A stretch of DNA of 64,000 bases from Lachnospiraceae bacterium (GTDB lineage Bacteria > Bacillota > Clostridia > Lachnospirales > Lachnospiraceae), in contig JAILGA010000158.1 of NCBI GenBank assembly GCA_024697225.1, positions 6,898 to 70,897 on the forward strand. The letters are read 5' to 3'. Position 1 is the stretch's first letter; every line of letters begins with the position of its first letter. The translations under genes and the position numbers were made by a program. Below, piece after piece: positions 31,281-39,315 of the stretch. A model generated the notes under the pieces. It was not told where the DNA came from and ran no database searches. It saw nothing but the letters and a program-made list of their open reading frames with translations.

Positions 31281-31309
31281 ATTATAGCATATTGGCTGTA
31301 TGCACTCAA
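31281..31309 (-). promoter_or_regulatory. sigmaA-like promoter giving a probable leaderless M23-bactofilin mRNA
   Basis: TTGAGT-N17-TATAAT-N7-ATG, no SD. Confidence 0.65.
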
Positions 31310-31402
31310 TAAAAAAACTTTACTTTTTTTCTGCGGTATGGTAAAGTTTTGTATGTTGTGATCATGCAACGGGCAAGTTGTTTTTTTCAGGAGGTATTAT
31401 CA

Positions 31403-31606
31403 ATGAACAAGGGAACAGTCAAGTGGTTCAACAATCAGAAGGGTTACGGATTCATCTCCGATGAAAACGGAAACGATGTATTCGTACACTTCACCGGTCT
31501 GAACATGGAAGGCTTCAAGTCTCTCAACGAGAACGATCAGGTTGAGTACGAAGTTGTTCAGGGCACGAAGGGACCGCAGGCAGTCAACGTAACTAAGCTG
31601 AACTGA
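31403..31606 (+). CDS. Cold-shock protein
   Basis: [22 protein letters not shown]; SD AGGAGG. Confidence 0.95.
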   Translation: MNKGTVKWFNNQKGYGFISDENGNDVFVHFTGLNMEGFKSLNENDQVEYEVVQGTKGPQAVNVTKLN

Positions 31607-31638
31607 ATCGTCAGTTAACGATTAGGACGTTATCTCTG

Positions 31639-31669
31639 AAAAGGCTCCGCAAATGCGGGGCCTTTTTTT
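31639..31669. terminator. Bidirectional terminator between csp and hisA
   Basis: AAAAGGCTCCGCA-AA-TGCGGGGCCTTTTTTT. Confidence 0.8.
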
Positions 31670-31733
31670 CGCTCTCTTAATCATATTTCCCGTCAAGACA
31701 GGCTTAGTGGCTGGCTGAGATTCACAAGATGCT

Positions 31734-32540
31734 TCATGCTTTGCAGGCGGCTATCACTTCATCGAGAGTCATTGTTCCCCCGAAGATCTCGAGGGCGCTG
31801 CCGACAGTAACGTCGAGGCGGCCTTCGCCGAGCCTGTTTATTCGCGAGATATCGTCGAGTGTATGGACGCCGCCGGCGTAGGTGCACGACTTGCCGGTAT
31901 AGTTATTCGATCTGCCGGCGTAGTCGCCGAGTATCTTCACCACACCGTCCTCGATACCGTTCTGTCTGCCTTCTACATCCGCAGCGTGGATCAGGAACTC
32001 ATCGCAATAATCTGCGAGTTCATTCAAGGTGGCAACTGAGAGTTCAACATCCGTGAATTTCTGCCAGCGGTCGGTCACAATGAAGAATCTGTCACTGTCC
32101 GCTTCTTTTTTTCTACAACTGACATCCAATACCACATGCTCGCTGCCGACGGCTTTTTTCAAAGCTTCAAGATGTCCGTAATTGATGATACCTCCTGCAA
32201 AAGCGTATGACGTGACGATCACATGGCTTGCCCCTGCATCAAGCCACGCTTCGGCATTCTCAGCGTTCACTCCGCCGCCCAGCTGCATACCGTCCGGCCA
32301 TGCAGCGAGTGCATCCAGCGCCTGTTTCCTTGTAGCCTCATACCATGGGCTGTCCGCAGGATTAAGCAGGATAATATGTCCCCCTGTCAGGTTCCTTTTC
32401 CGGAACATCTCAGCATAATAACCGCCGCCATTCTCGGACACAAAGTTGTCAACCGCCTCATCGCCCTTGTCTCTGAGGCTTGCGCCGACTATCTGCTTAA
32501 CCCGGCCGTTATGAATGTCTATGCACGGTCTGAACTTCAT
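31734..32540 (-). CDS. hisA: ProFAR isomerase, eukaryotic His6-like type
   Basis: MKFRPCIDIHNGRVKQIVG, SHVIVTSY, TDRWQKFT, EFLIHAADVEG, DVTVGSAL. Confidence 0.9.
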   Translation of the reverse strand: MKFRPCIDIHNGRVKQIVGASLRDKGDEAVDNFVSENGGGYYAEMFRKRNLTGGHIILLNPADSPWYEATRKQALDALAAWPDGMQLGGGVNAENAEAWLDAGASHVIVTSYAFAGGIINYGHLEALKKAVGSEHVVLDVSCRKKEADSDRFFIVTDRWQKFTDVELSVATLNELADYCDEFLIHAADVEGRQNGIEDGVVKILGDYAGRSNNYTGKSCTYAGGVHTLDDISRINRLGEGRLDVTVGSALEIFGGTMTLDEVIAACKA

Positions 32541-32606
32541 GTACTCTCCCTCTGCACTCAACATGCTCTGCTTTTTCTACACCGCGGACGGCTGCTTCGA
32601 AATGAA

Positions 32607-32646
32607 TAAAAAACAAGCCGCCGGGAAACACATCGATCCCGGCGGC
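32607..32646 (-). terminator. Terminator after dapB
   Basis: 10-bp stem GCCGCCGGGA/TCCCGGCGGC with T-run on the minus strand. Confidence 0.7.
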
Positions 32647-32662
32647 GCCAAACTCTCATGAT

Positions 32663-33421
32663 TCAGGCAAGCGCATCCCTCATGCTGTACATGCCGGCGG
32701 GTTTCCCTGCAAGGAAGGCCGCCGCCGTCAGCGCGCCCTTTGCAAAGACCGCTCTGGAATATGCCCGGTGCGAGATCGTCACGACTTCGTCCGTTCCGGC
32801 AAAAATGACATCATGATCACCCACAATAGTTCCGCCTCTGACAGCGGAAACGCCGATCTCTGCGTGCGGCCTTACAGCCCGTCTTTCAGACCTGTCATAC
32901 ACCGTATCCACATTCTCATCCAGCGCATCCCTGATCTCGTCCGCCATGGCAACAGCCGTGCCGCTGGGCGCATCAAGCTTCATCCTGTGGTGCTTCTCGA
33001 CGATATCGATGTCAAAACCCGCCGCATAAAGCTTGGGAGCAACTTCCTTAAGAATATCAAGGACAACATTCACACCGACAGACATATTTGCGGAGCGGAG
33101 TACCGGTATGCTCTTTGCAGTATCTGCGAGCTTTGCAAGCTGCGCATCGTCAAGTCCCGTGGTGCAAAAGACCAGGGGCAGCTTTTTGTTCAGGCAGCAG
33201 TCCATCACGGCATCCGCGGCTTTTGCATTGGAAAAGTCGATCAGGGCGTCGGCCTCGATGTCGCAGGCGTCGATAGAATTGAAAAATGGAATTGCGCCGT
33301 CGCAGGTATCGCCGAACGCATCAACTCCGGCAACGATCTCGATGCCATCAGTATCCGCGGCAAGCGAACATATCATCTTTCCCATGCGACCGTTACAGCC
33401 GTGCATGATAACTCTCGTCAT
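32663..33421 (-). CDS. dapB: 4-hydroxy-tetrahydrodipicolinate reductase
   Basis: GCNGRMG, IDFS, EKHHRMKLDAPSGTA, RGGTIVGDH. Confidence 0.96.
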   Translation of the reverse strand: MTRVIMHGCNGRMGKMICSLAADTDGIEIVAGVDAFGDTCDGAIPFFNSIDACDIEADALIDFSNAKAADAVMDCCLNKKLPLVFCTTGLDDAQLAKLADTAKSIPVLRSANMSVGVNVVLDILKEVAPKLYAAGFDIDIVEKHHRMKLDAPSGTAVAMADEIRDALDENVDTVYDRSERRAVRPHAEIGVSAVRGGTIVGDHDVIFAGTDEVVTISHRAYSRAVFAKGALTAAAFLAGKPAGMYSMRDALA

Positions 33422-33499
33422 ATCTTAACCCTCTAAAAAACACCGAATCGTTTCGGAAATGTCATCGCCTCTGCAATGCAGATCCCGTTCTTATCCCTC

Positions 33500-34393
33500 T
33501 CACGCAAGCGCGATGCCGAAGTCCTTCATGGCCTTCTTCAGCACTTCCTCGTGTGCGGGCTCAAGCAGGGTGAGCGGCAACCTTATCGCATCGCAGTCAA
33601 AACCGATCAGCGAAAGAGCACGTTTTACGGGGATCGGGTTGACTTCGCTAAAGAGCGCGTCGATGAGCGGCATCGCCTTGAACTGCAGAGCCCTTGAGCC
33701 CTCGATATCTCCTGCAAAGAACTTTGCACAGATATCATGGGTCTCCTTCGGGGCGACGTTTGAGAGGACGGAGATGACACCCAGACCGCCGAGCGCGAGG
33801 ATCGGCACTATCAGTCCGTCTTCGCCGGAATAGAGCTCGAGGGGCAGATCACCCGCAAGCTGCATCATCTTCGTGGTCTGCGCCAGATTGCCCGTGGCAT
33901 CTTTGATACCCACGATATTCTTTACATCTTTGACCATGCGCACCACAGTCTCTGGCTGGATATTGCAGCCCGTGCGGCTGGGGACATTGTAAAGGATGAC
34001 CGGAAGCTTCACCGACTCGGCGACTGCGGTGAAATGCTTCACAAGACCGTTCTGTGTCGCCTTGTTGTAATAGGGCGTGACTGAAAGGATCGCGTCAGCC
34101 CCGGCTTTTTCGGACTCCTGCGACAGCCAGATCGCGGTATCCGTGGAATTGGAGCCGGCACCGGCCACAACAGGCACCCTGTGCGCCACATGCTCCACGC
34201 AGAAGCGTATCACATCGACGTGCTCCTGCTCGGTCAGGGTCGCCGACTCGCCTGTGGTCCCGCAGACGATGATGGCGTCCGTACCGTTTTCTATCTGAAA
34301 ATCAATGAGTCTCGCAAACTCGTCATAGTTGACCGTAAGGTCAGCGTTCATCGGAGTGGCGATCGCCACGCCCGCACCTTTGAAAACAGGCAT
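33500..34393 (-). CDS. dapA: 4-hydroxy-tetrahydrodipicolinate synthase
   Basis: GTTGES, YNVPSRTG, GIKDATG, EVNPIPVK; SD AGGAGGT. Confidence 0.96.
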   Translation of the reverse strand: MPVFKGAGVAIATPMNADLTVNYDEFARLIDFQIENGTDAIIVCGTTGESATLTEQEHVDVIRFCVEHVAHRVPVVAGAGSNSTDTAIWLSQESEKAGADAILSVTPYYNKATQNGLVKHFTAVAESVKLPVILYNVPSRTGCNIQPETVVRMVKDVKNIVGIKDATGNLAQTTKMMQLAGDLPLELYSGEDGLIVPILALGGLGVISVLSNVAPKETHDICAKFFAGDIEGSRALQFKAMPLIDALFSEVNPIPVKRALSLIGFDCDAIRLPLTLLEPAHEEVLKKAMKDFGIALA

Positions 34394-34528
34394 ATACACC
34401 TCCTAAAGTGTGATGAATCATTTCAATATTCGATACAGTATATCACATCACGTTTTCATCGTCAAAAATATCAGGATCCAATCCGGTACCGAAGTCAGCT
34501 CAGGCAACAAATTGACAACCGCTGTTTA

Positions 34529-35584
34529 TCAATCCACCCATGCGCTTATTATCTCCCCAAATCGTGGAAGCATCAAGGAGACCTTCCCATACCGCGAAGT
34601 GTCGATCAGACCTTTGCGCTTTAATCTGTCTCTGTATACCGACATGCTCCCGGACGATAAACCGAGTGCCTGCCTGACGTCAATGACGCCTGCCTCGTCA
34701 GTGCCGGCGACGTAAGCTATGATATCCTGCTCTTTTGGCGATAATTCGTACCATAGCTTTTCGTAGACAAAGTTCTCGAGCATATCGTCAAATTGCGGCA
34801 ACAGCTCATCCGGATCACCTTCACGTTTATTCTCCACAAATTCCTGCCAGTACAGATAGCCCAGCACCTGATAAGCAAAAGGATATCCCTTTGTCATCTT
34901 TGCCATCTTCATTGCCCTGTCTTTGTCGATCTTCAGAGTATCGGCATAGCTTCGGGATATCGCGCCTATGCTCAAAGGTGCAAGCATCATCTTGGGAGCG
35001 CGGTATAAGAACGTCAGCGTTTTTTCGTTCTGAAGATTATTTACATTTTCATACAGACCGGTCATAAGAAGAAAGACAGGCAGCTTCTCACGCAACAGGA
35101 TCTGGTATTCGCTTGTAAACAAACGAACATGTTCATTATTTGCGACCTCATCCACACAGACAAGTACTCTTCTGCCCTTCTTCCTGATCTCTGCCAGCAT
35201 CCTCTCCAGGGCGGTACCCATGTCAAATATCTGATCCGCGCCGGAAAGCGACACTCCCAGGCCAAATGCAGACAGATCCAGTTTGGCATTTACAAAAAGT
35301 TTCTTAAGTTCAGTCCTGCTGTATAATTTTGCAGCAAGAGCATTAAGCATATCCGACTCAGGCGTCACATTTATGACGATCCAATCCTTAATCTCTCCAA
35401 AATGCGTTGAAAGGCTTGTCAGCATAACTGTTTTCCCGGAACCGCGAACTCCGGATATAACATATACATAGTTAGACGGAACCTCCTGAGAAAAAGCATC
35501 GATGATCTCTTGTGTCTGTGAATAGCGCGAGATTACCTGCGACGGTTCTATTCCAAAAGACAGGGTATACGGGTTTCCGGTCAT
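34529..35584 (-). CDS. AAA family ATPase with C-terminal winged HTH
   Basis: Walker A GVRGSGKT, Walker B VCVDE, GYPFAYQ, C-terminal HTH-like SVYRDRLKRKGLI. Confidence 0.82.
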   Translation of the reverse strand: MTGNPYTLSFGIEPSQVISRYSQTQEIIDAFSQEVPSNYVYVISGVRGSGKTVMLTSLSTHFGEIKDWIVINVTPESDMLNALAAKLYSRTELKKLFVNAKLDLSAFGLGVSLSGADQIFDMGTALERMLAEIRKKGRRVLVCVDEVANNEHVRLFTSEYQILLREKLPVFLLMTGLYENVNNLQNEKTLTFLYRAPKMMLAPLSIGAISRSYADTLKIDKDRAMKMAKMTKGYPFAYQVLGYLYWQEFVENKREGDPDELLPQFDDMLENFVYEKLWYELSPKEQDIIAYVAGTDEAGVIDVRQALGLSSGSMSVYRDRLKRKGLIDTSRYGKVSLMLPRFGEIISAWVD

Positions 35585-35604
35585 TAGCTCCTCTCCTTGC
35601 CATG

Positions 35605-35690
35605 TTTTATAATTTGTTATAACTTCAAAACAATTTTATATTTTGTAATAACTTTGAAATGATTTTATAACTTGTTATAACTTATGTCAA
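35605..35690 (-). promoter_or_regulatory. Promoter overlapped by three 21-bp direct repeats (29-bp period)
   Basis: TTGACA-N17-TAAAAT on the minus strand; repeats at 35605, 35634, 35663. Confidence 0.8.
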
Positions 35691-35793
35691 TACAGTTCCT
35701 CAATAGTCTATGCAGCGACTGAACAAAACGTATCAAGGTATCGCAGGCCTTGAAGTACTGGTGTATTACCGATGATTGTGGTAGAATCATCCC

Positions 35794-37470
35794 ATGCAGC
35801 AGAGAGAAAAACAATCCGGCAATCCGGTATATATCCTGCCTCTCATCATCATCGCAGGGGCAGCTCTGAGGCTTGTCCTCATAGGAAGGCTACCTTACGG
35901 GCTCAACCAGGACGAGGCGTCCATCGGCTACGACGCATGGTCGCTCCTTAGTTTCGGCATCGACAGAAACGGCTATCCGTGGCCTATCTACCCCATCACC
36001 TGGGGCAGCGGCGGCGGCAGTCCTCTTATGATATACCTTACTGTCCTCTCGACAAAAATACTCGGAAGGAGCATCTTCTCACTCCGCATCATACCGGCAA
36101 TTCTGGGGGCGCTGACGCCGCTTGTCGCAGCACTCGTTCTGCTTCCGGATAACACGATAAGCCGAGACACGCCCGCCGGAAGGGATTGGGAACGCAGCGC
36201 CGGAAGAGGAAGCGCCGCCCCCGGCAAAGCAAGTGAAAGAGCCTTTGTAACAGCCTGCTTTGCGGCCTTTATCATTGCGATCAATCCCTGGCACATCATG
36301 CTCTCCCGCTGGGCTCTGGATTCCAACACACTGCCGTTCTTCCAGATACTTGCCATCCTGGCACTGGTTCGGGCCGCAAATGCAACAAGGCACAGGCTTC
36401 CGCGCTACATGCTCTGCGCTGCACTTTTTGCACTGCTTCCTTATTCATACGGCTCCGCAACTATCGTCGTCCCCATGGTCATGGTTCTAAGCGCCGTCTG
36501 GCTGATGCTGCGGAAAAGAATGACCCTCGCGGAACTGATCTGCTCCGCTCTTACCTTTACCATAGTGCTGCTGCCGCTCATAGCCTTCTTTGCGATCAAC
36601 AAGCTGGGAATGGATGCCGTCATCACTCCGTATTTTTCCATCCCGACCTTCACCTCGGAAAGGAGCATCTTTCTGCCGCTCGGCAGCGACGATCTGTTCA
36701 CTTTGATAAAAAATAACGTCTGGTATTTAATAAAATTCTTCACTCTGGGGGCAGAGGACGGCGAGATCATCTGCAACTATGTGCCGGGCTTTGCGCAGAT
36801 GTATAAGTTTACTTTTCCGCTGACACTGATCGGAATTGCTCTTGGCATCTTCAGAACCCTGAAAGGCAAAAGCACGACGGATGCGGTCATGTTGTTCTTT
36901 ACACTGTCCACGGCTCTGTTCACACTGTTCATAGAGCCGGACATCAACAGGATGACGCTTCTTCTGATCCCCATGTGCTACTTCCAGGCCGTCACGCTAA
37001 GCACCTTGTACATGATGAGACGTGAACTAGGGATCGCTGCCGGCGCAGCTCTCCTTGCGGCCTGCGGCTTCTTTGCGGTCAGTTATTTCGGTCCCCGCTA
37101 TGCCGGTCTTTCGCACGATGCCTTCATGCCGGGCTACACCGAAGCGGTGCGCTGCGCCGTCGATATCGCGGGGGATGAGAGAGTCATCATTTCGACCTAC
37201 ACCGGTCTTTCGGCGCCATTCATGTCTGCACTCTACGAATCGGAGACGCCGCCTGGAGTTTTTCTTGAAACAGTCGAATGGAAGGACGAAAACGCGGAGT
37301 TCCGTGTGGCAAAGGAGTTCGGACGGTTTATCTTTGGCCTGCCGGAAGACGGCGGGATCCCCGATACAAGTCAGTATGTCGTGATCCTCCACACATCCGA
37401 AACCGGATCAGTTGATGAAAGCAGCATAGTTGCCACGTTCGGCGATTATGCGGTGGCTGCGAGGGAATAA
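35794..37470 (+). CDS. GT39/ArnT-PMT-like (GT-C) membrane glycosyltransferase
   Basis: GLNQDEASIGYDAWSL, NPWHIMLSRWALDSN, multiple TMs. Confidence 0.8.
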   Translation: MQQREKQSGNPVYILPLIIIAGAALRLVLIGRLPYGLNQDEASIGYDAWSLLSFGIDRNGYPWPIYPITWGSGGGSPLMIYLTVLSTKILGRSIFSLRIIPAILGALTPLVAALVLLPDNTISRDTPAGRDWERSAGRGSAAPGKASERAFVTACFAAFIIAINPWHIMLSRWALDSNTLPFFQILAILALVRAANATRHRLPRYMLCAALFALLPYSYGSATIVVPMVMVLSAVWLMLRKRMTLAELICSALTFTIVLLPLIAFFAINKLGMDAVITPYFSIPTFTSERSIFLPLGSDDLFTLIKNNVWYLIKFFTLGAEDGEIICNYVPGFAQMYKFTFPLTLIGIALGIFRTLKGKSTTDAVMLFFTLSTALFTLFIEPDINRMTLLLIPMCYFQAVTLSTLYMMRRELGIAAGAALLAACGFFAVSYFGPRYAGLSHDAFMPGYTEAVRCAVDIAGDERVIISTYTGLSAPFMSALYESETPPGVFLETVEWKDENAEFRVAKEFGRFIFGLPEDGGIPDTSQYVVILHTSETGSVDESSIVATFGDYAVAARE

Positions 37471-37714
37471 AGCGGTCGCAGGATGTGCATGTGTAGTTTT
37501 TTTGCTTTTCACATGCCTGACAGCTCGCCTTTCGGCGCTTCCTGGGTAGAAACATATAAACATGTCGTTATATATGCTCACTCATCCTTAAGTACCTCCA
37601 ACATGCTCATTCTCATGTTCTTGATGGTGAACTTCGAAATCTTGCTGACGACATTGTCGATGTCGTTTCCTTTAATAAGAATGGAAACTTTCCCTTAATA
37701 AGGATATTCCTAAA

Positions 37715-37743
37715 TAAATCCCCGGGGCGCTCCCGGGGATTTA
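37715..37743. terminator. Inverted repeat downstream of the Rpn gene
   Basis: 12-bp stem TAAATCCCCGGG-GCGCT-CCCGGGGATTTA. Confidence 0.7.
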
Positions 37744-37758
37744 CGATTCTTAGAATTG

Positions 37759-38820
37759 TTATTTTAACAATGCCAGATATTGTTCTCTGTTAGCGACAGG
37801 AATCTCGAGAGAATCCATAGCCTGCTCAGCTGACACATTAAAGCTCTTCATGATCTTTTTCAAGGCATCGATTCGACCTTCCTCACGGCCTTCCTTCAGG
37901 CCTTCCTCGCGGCCTTCCTGTTTCAATTCCTGTTCTCGTTCTATCGCTCTTAAGTAGACCACGCTGACCTCCTCATTTACCTTTACCCGCCGGACGATCT
38001 CGTCCATCGCTGCGGTTTCTTTGTTGACAACATGTTCATAATCCGAGTGACAGATATATCTTACCATAGCCTGCAGTCTCTCGCCAGCGTTACCTGCGAG
38101 ATTAATGTTTCCGTCGCCATAGAGGTATATCCGGCGGATGCCGTCATCATATGGGATCTCGGGGTGCGTTTTTAACGTCGTTCCAGCTTCATAGTAGAGA
38201 TCGCCTGCACCGAAAGGGTCATATGACAGGATCATGATGATCACAAGATTTCTAACTTTGTCATAGTTTCCCCCTGACTGAAGATCTCTGGAATCGATCA
38301 TGGCTGTGTAATACCGATTGCGTTTCGAAAGTATATCCGCATCCTGCTTTTTGTTGTCAGGCTCGAGATCATAGATCGTTGCTGCATCATCGTCATCAGT
38401 GATACTGACATCAAGCCGTATTCCGTGAAGATCTGTGTCCATGCCGGGATATTCTCTCTGGGCATGCACGGTAACGTGGCGGATCTGCTTATCCAATATA
38501 TTGTTAAGGATCAGCAGAGCGACCTGTTCTTTGGTGTCATCTCTTGTAAGCAGTGTGGTGAAGAGAAAGTTGTCAATGACGTTCAGTTCAGATAAAGGTC
38601 GGTAGGTGTACGATTTTGGATTCCTTGCAGAAGCGGGGATGCTTGAGCTGGCAACAGTTATCTGTTCTGATAACTGCTGATGCGAGTTTGCCCTGTGTCC
38701 GTCGCCGGAAGTATTGTGATCGGAATTGGCAACTGTATTTCGTTCTGGTACCGGCAGGTGGAAACTCTCCTTGGAATCAAATGTAGAATCTGGTTTTTCG
38801 GGTTTCGGTCGTTCGTTCAT
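37759..38820 (-). CDS. Rpn family PD-(D/E)XK nuclease / putative transposase
   Basis: IDNFLF, HGIRLDV, IYDLE, KRNRYY, YDPFG, EGREEG repeats near the C-terminus. Confidence 0.85.
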   Translation of the reverse strand: MNERPKPEKPDSTFDSKESFHLPVPERNTVANSDHNTSGDGHRANSHQQLSEQITVASSSIPASARNPKSYTYRPLSELNVIDNFLFTTLLTRDDTKEQVALLILNNILDKQIRHVTVHAQREYPGMDTDLHGIRLDVSITDDDDAATIYDLEPDNKKQDADILSKRNRYYTAMIDSRDLQSGGNYDKVRNLVIIMILSYDPFGAGDLYYEAGTTLKTHPEIPYDDGIRRIYLYGDGNINLAGNAGERLQAMVRYICHSDYEHVVNKETAAMDEIVRRVKVNEEVSVVYLRAIEREQELKQEGREEGLKEGREEGRIDALKKIMKSFNVSAEQAMDSLEIPVANREQYLALLK

Positions 38821-39255
38821 GCATGTCCTCCTTTTCTTGTTGCAGATTGATAATTTCTCTCAGGAAGATGCCGCATGACATAAATGATGGTTGCAGATCC
38901 GATCGTGAATGTCTAAAAGAAAATGAATAAACTAAACTGATAATCGAAAGCAATACTTCTTCACGTTGAAATCGGTGGGTGAATAACCCGGACAGCCATG
39001 GCGGCTCCTTCTCAAGTGTTGGGATATACGATATCACGGAAGACTGGCGCGGGTCAAGAATATTTCGATTGTTTTTCCATCGGCATGGAGACATGTCAAA
39101 ACAGGTTTTTCTCCAGCCACATGCCCGCCGGCCTCACACCCGCCATATCACACCTGTAATCCATGGCGACAAAAGCATGCACACGCCCGCCGCGGGTTAT
39201 CACAACTCTATAAACATGGATTGCGGAAAATGCCAGAACGATAACACTTTTTACA

Positions 39256-39310
39256 ACATTGACATTGACAAGACATTGACAAACAATGACAAATCGGTTT
39301 GTCATTGTTT
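39256..39310. repeat. 13-bp inverted repeat plus TGACAA/ACATTG direct repeats
   Basis: AAACAATGACAAA-TCGG-TTTGTCATTGTTT preceded by GACATTGACAA twice. Confidence 0.7.
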
Positions 39311-39315
39311 ATGGG

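Noticed and set aside
31734-32540. Eukaryote-type HisA as recent horizontal transfer
   Set aside because: This subtype is known in Clostridia, and composition matches neighbouring genes
34394-34528. Lysine riboswitch upstream of dapA
   Set aside because: Only ~135 bp and no recognisable conserved elements
35605-35683. Regular repeats as a mini-CRISPR array
   Set aside because: Spacers are only 8 bp, there are no cas genes, and the repeats overlap a promoter
37578-37694. Short minus-strand frame GKVSILIKGNDIDNVVSKISKFTIKNMRMSMLEVLKDE
   Set aside because: Looks protein-like but is preceded by a stop and has no start or SD; possibly a gene remnant, not assignable
37759-38820. Rpn gene as an IS element
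   Set aside because: No terminal inverted repeats or target duplication found; the family is not a demonstrated transposase
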